Positions 46,380 to 48,392 of a stretch of 48,392 nucleotides of DNA are shown here, piece after piece. Every line of letters begins with the position of its first letter. Within the stretch, counting starts at the first letter, position 1. The stretch spans positions 1 to 48,392 of IMG/VR virus record IMGVR_UViG_3300035042_000091. One strand, written 5' to 3'. This DNA is from a virus. Taxonomy: Duplodnaviria > Caudoviricetes. The notes under the pieces are model-generated. The model saw only the letters and a list, made by a program, of their open reading frames with translations. It did no database searches and was not told the origin of the DNA. The translations under genes and the position numbers were made by a program.

Positions 46380-47167
46380 ACTTTAACAACCTCCATTTCT
46401 GTAAGAAAATCACTGCTTGATAATTTATGCAGCCCTTTTTTGACTCTATATAAGCCTGAAATAGTCTTACTATCTATGCTGATAATACTGTCGGCCCATA
46501 TTCTATAATTAAGCAGAGATTGCACCTTATATCCTTCTTCTCCGTCCTCGTCAATCTTTTGTGGAGAAGCTATTAGGCCTGTTCTTTGATTAAGATTAAC
46601 AATTTCCCTGGTCCCGGCTTCTTCTGGTCTGAGATAAATCTTGCTTCTGCCTACATGCAGTTTAGTGGCTGCATCAATTGCTATTTCTTCGAGAGCGGTC
46701 TTAACGGTGCCAGAAAAAGTCTTTCCTTTAGGATAATCAATATTATTGGCTAAATTAATTTCTCCAACTCCAAAAGGGAGCATATCAATTAAATCAACAG
46801 CAACATCTCTGGCTCTAATACCAGCTCTCCAGGTCTGATTAACTGTAGTATTCAACCAATCCGAAGTATTATCGCCGACTACAATTTCAGTAATCTTATC
46901 TGTTGTATCCCACGATGTTTGAGTATGAGATATAACTCCAGGCAAGAGCAGACCAACATCATTTTTGTAGCCAGCTCTTAAAGTGAAATTAGTATCTTTT
47001 TTAAGAAGATCAATTGTTTTGTTGCTGATATTAAAAAATCTTACATGGCCGACATTGCCATCTGAGTCAGTATTAAAATTAACTTCAAATTCTAAATCTA
47101 AATCAGGGTATTTTATCTCTTTATTTTCTAGAGTAAATATTACTCTTCTTCCAAAAGCTTTTGACAT
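46376..47167 (-). CDS. Baseplate hub protein
   Basis: L.AGY, TGLI.SP and G.Y.V...H motifs; precedes the spike gene. Confidence 0.78.
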   Translation of the reverse strand: MSKAFGRRVIFTLENKEIKYPDLDLEFEVNFNTDSDGNVGHVRFFNISNKTIDLLKKDTNFTLRAGYKNDVGLLLPGVISHTQTSWDTTDKITEIVVGDNTSDWLNTTVNQTWRAGIRARDVAVDLIDMLPFGVGEINLANNIDYPKGKTFSGTVKTALEEIAIDAATKLHVGRSKIYLRPEEAGTREIVNLNQRTGLIASPQKIDEDGEEGYKVQSLLNYRIWADSIISIDSKTISGLYRVKKGLHKLSSSDFLTEMEVVKV

Positions 47168-47502
47168 TAGTAATCACCAGCTATATATAGCTTCACGCTG
47201 TCATAAAAATTATTGTAAGTAACTCCTTCTTTTTCTGCGGCCATTGTTTTATCAAGTGGTATTATTCCGATACCGTCAGGCAGCCTGTCATCAATAATAT
47301 TGTCGAACATATTCGTGCCGTAAGTTATTTTTTTACCTTCAAGTATAGCCTCCCCGGTAGAATCAAAAACTGACATAACAAAAAATCCTTGATGATTCCA
47401 ACTTATTTCAAATATAAGTTCAGTTCCTGCTACATCAGTCAAAAATCTGTCCGGGACCTGTTTAATATTTTCTTTTTCTACAGGTAAATATTTAACTTCC
47501 AT
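47167..47502 (-). CDS. Small baseplate protein, allele B
   Basis: Near-identical to 604..942. Confidence 0.7.
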   Translation of the reverse strand: MEVKYLPVEKENIKQVPDRFLTDVAGTELIFEISWNHQGFFVMSVFDSTGEAILEGKKITYGTNMFDNIIDDRLPDGIGIIPLDKTMAAEKEGVTYNNFYDSVKLYIAGDY

Positions 47503-48044
47503 TATTCATCACCGCCGAAAGGAGAAATCATTGAGGTAAGAATTGACTGATCAGTGCTTTGTTCATCTACATTTTCAGTTTTATTTGAGCGTTCTTCTGT
47601 TTCTGTAGCATTTTGCTGCACTTCATTGCCGGTTGAAGGATCAGTTCCTAAATTAACAAATATAGTCTCCTGCTCAGCTACCTGAACTTGTTTTAAGGAA
47701 ATGCTGCCTTGATAACCATTTGCTATTTGAGCATCAGTATCAAAATTTATGCTCAAAATAACCATGTTTTCATATAATCTATAATCTTTAACATCCATAT
47801 AATTAAAAACTTCATCATACTGGCTCGCTTCTTCTAGTCTATCCCGCTGATCTTCTGCTTCATCTCCGGCTATAACGAATGTATGATTAATTTCAACTGG
47901 CTGGTGATTAATATGATCAGCTATTTCTGTTTTATCCTCAACCGGCTTTTCAGTAACTTCATTTTTTAAATTAATAGATTCTTCTGGAGCAACCTCTATT
48001 TCTATATCAAAATCATCATTGTATAATCTAGCCAACTGAATCAC
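47502..48044 (-). CDS. Tail initiator / Dit-like protein, allele B
   Basis: Near-identical to 939..1481. Confidence 0.7.
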   Translation of the reverse strand: MIQLARLYNDDFDIEIEVAPEESINLKNEVTEKPVEDKTEIADHINHQPVEINHTFVIAGDEAEDQRDRLEEASQYDEVFNYMDVKDYRLYENMVILSINFDTDAQIANGYQGSISLKQVQVAEQETIFVNLGTDPSTGNEVQQNATETEERSNKTENVDEQSTDQSILTSMISPFGGDE

Positions 48045-48392
48045 CTACCGCAGCTGTTGCCTCTCCGTCAAAATACTGCTCTATTATTTTAATTATCTTT
48101 TGAGCATCCTGAACTGTATTATTTGAGCCTTCAAGATTAAGGTTCTCAATTATTACTTTCTTTTCTGATTTACTGTTACTACTTTTATTGCTTTGATTAT
48201 AATTATTATTTGTAACGCTTTGAGATTGACCAAATCCACTGTCAGAAATGCCTTTCATCGGGCTGTAATCTCTTACAATAGTTTTAGGCTCAGCAATCAT
48301 TGACTCATTCCACATGCTGCTTAATGGTCCAGTAACTTGCTCTCTGGACTTATCGACACCTTTTCCAATGGTTTGAGTGAGTCCTGGTCCTA
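48028..48392 (-). CDS. Tape measure protein C-terminus, allele B (partial)
   Basis: Matches the C-terminus of 1465..3936; runs off the window end. Confidence 0.85.
   Translation of the reverse strand, partial: GPGLTQTIGKGVDKSREQVTGPLSSMWNESMIAEPKTIVRDYSPMKGISDSGFGQSQSVTNNNYNQSNKSSNSKSEKKVIIENLNLEGSNNTVQDAQKIIKIIEQYFDGEATAAVGDSVG

Larger units (their letters stand above)
1..48392. mobile_element. Temperate myovirus-type phage genome, circularly permuted (attP-like junction internal)
   Basis: Terminase, portal, capsid, sheath/tube, tape measure, baseplate, lysis, replication, repressor and serine integrase genes are all present; no host genes seen. Confidence 0.96.
46564..48392 (+). repeat. 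Diverged direct repeat, copy B (of 1..1829)
   Basis: Colinear with 1..1829. Confidence 0.95.

Noticed and set aside
2783-47222. Numerous opposite-strand or nested ORFs in the track (e.g. 2783..3271, 7186..7686, 8761..9075, 36556..36783)
   Set aside because: They are shadows of well-supported genes, with no SD or recognisable motifs.
46564-48392. Physical direct terminal repeat of the virion DNA
   Set aside because: The copies are diverged beyond the first 127 bp and cut through genes.
1-48392. Second DGR variable repeat
   Set aside because: No other TR-like sequence noticed by eye; a low-stringency blastn of TR against the window would settle it.

Overview
The window is almost a whole temperate, contractile-tailed (myovirus-type) phage genome. 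It is low-GC with acidic proteins and Firmicutes-type signals; a diderm halophilic Firmicute host such as Halanaerobiales is my inference, not something the sequence proves. The genome is circularly permuted. From left to right it carries tail, head and packaging genes (1-15 kb, minus strand), late activator, replication and recombination genes (15.8-33.5 kb, minus), a repressor/ImmA/membrane protein/large serine integrase module (33.6-37.0 kb, plus), lysis (37.0-39.1 kb, minus), a complete diversity-generating retroelement (39.2-42.1 kb), and baseplate genes (42-48.4 kb). The last 1829 bp are a colinear but diverged copy of the first 1829 bp. The main findings are: (1) an intact DGR whose 11 TR/VR mismatches all fall on adenines, with a GRNA-loop hairpin, paired TR flanks, and an RT gene that appears to start at ATT behind a terminator; (2) a 50-bp attP-like site inside the 3' end of the integrase gene, carrying a tmRNA/tRNA-Ala 3' end; (3) a spanin-like pair whose outer-membrane partner has no lipobox and ends in a beta-signal-like motif; (4) smaller signals including operators, 11-bp-period late-promoter repeats, iterons, a G-quadruplex motif, clamp-binding motifs and a possible +1 frameshift. 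Family names come from recognising motifs and synteny by eye; no database searches were run.
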